A DNA stretch of 64,000 nt. It comes from Chitinophagales bacterium. GTDB lineage: Bacteria > Bacteroidota > Bacteroidia > Chitinophagales > JABDMM01. The notes below the pieces were generated by a model. It was not told the DNA's origin, made no database searches, and saw only the letters and a program-made list of their open reading frames with translations. Where the stretch lies: contig JABDMM010000115.1 in NCBI GenBank assembly GCA_013001465.1, positions 17,407 through 81,406 of the forward strand, in the 5' to 3' direction. The number at the start of each line of letters is the position of its first letter. Position 1 is the stretch's first letter. Of the stretch, positions 63,284-64,000 are shown piece after piece. The position numbers were made by a program, and so were the translations under genes.

Positions 63284-64000
63284 CTAGCTGTGTACAACAG
63301 TAATTCCAGGGAAAAGAAACGGTCCAACAGCACCTATCAACCCTGCATTGTTTCCCAATTCCGCTTTTTCGATCTCAAGTTCATTTAAGTAGTAGGGTGT
63401 GAGATACTTATCCAGTGCTTGTTTCACACCGGTTAGAATAAATTCATAAGCAACACTAATTCCACCTCCAATTATGATATGTTTAATATCCATAATTCTG
63501 ATCGGTGCCACTAAACCCTCGCCGAGGAGGAATCCGGTATATTCAAAAACATGAGACGCGAACTCATCGCCTGATTGCGCTGCTTCAACAAGAAGAGGGA
63601 TCTTTATCTCTTTATTCTGAAGACTGCTATCTGGAAATTTCTCAATAACCGAACTGGCATAAGCTAAAATTCCTCTTTTAGCAGTGAGGTCTTCAAGATG
63701 TTTTTGATCTCTGGAAATACAGTGACCGAATTCCATCGAATTCCCTCCGGCACCCATGAACAGTTGCCTGTCCATTATTGCTGCCCCGCCAATTCCTGTT
63801 CCTATTGTCAGAAATATAAAGTCGTCCGGCACCCTTGACTTACGAAACACTACCTCACCGATAGCTGCTGCTCCTGCATCATTCTCTATTACAAAAGAGA
63901 CGGCAGGAAACTGATCTTTAAGAGAAGAATGAAGGTTGAGTCCATTTATCTGTGGAATCGCAGGAACCTCAAGGATCGTTCTTCTTTTCAGATCAACCAG
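63284..64000 (-). CDS. ROK family sugar kinase (5'-truncated by the window edge)
   Basis: The frame stays open to 64000 (…VIENDAGAAAIGE…); motifs TIGTGIGG, MEFGH, IIIGGGIS, LGNNAGLIGA. Confidence 0.9.
   Translation of the reverse strand: MVDLKRRTILEVPAIPQINGLNLHSSLKDQFPAVSFVIENDAGAAAIGEVVFRKSRVPDDFIFLTIGTGIGGAAIMDRQLFMGAGGNSMEFGHCISRDQKHLEDLTAKRGILAYASSVIEKFPDSSLQNKEIKIPLLVEAAQSGDEFASHVFEYTGFLLGEGLVAPIRIMDIKHIIIGGGISVAYEFILTGVKQALDKYLTPYYLNELEIEKAELGNNAGLIGAVGPFLFPGITVVHS

Overview
Gene-dense, AT-rich (roughly 38% GC by eye) chromosomal window from a Bacteroidota bacterium. The phylum call rests on SprA/T9SS, T9SS-CTD cargo proteins, TAnnTTTG promoter elements, the MurF-Alr fusion and the GSCFA/DUF4286/DUF4837 families; finer taxonomy cannot be assigned. 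Content is mostly housekeeping: icmF, a transketolase N-subunit, ruvA-sprA-gcvH-vanZ-tonB, murF/alr, prfA, lpxH, ftsH, rsfS, birA, metF, SAM-I riboswitch-metH, purQ, dsbD, htpG, a GH13 lipoprotein and a ROK kinase. There are two T9SS-secreted proteins and an Opp/Dpp-type importer locus. I saw no rRNA, tRNA, CRISPR array, integrase or transposase. The most notable observations are: (1) strong, uneven GATC over-representation; (2) a secreted protein with a 19-aa Trp-rich tandem repeat; (3) a peptide-ABC locus with two lipoprotein binding proteins, permeases carrying large insertions and no ATPase; (4) a sigma-54 promoter with an adjacent TGAC-N5-GTCA palindrome before htpG; (5) an unannotated 50-aa two-TM ORF next to a triple REP-like repeat; (6) a Lys-rich coiled-coil insert in SprA. 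All calls come from reading motifs by eye; no database searches were run, and no complete new system is demonstrated.
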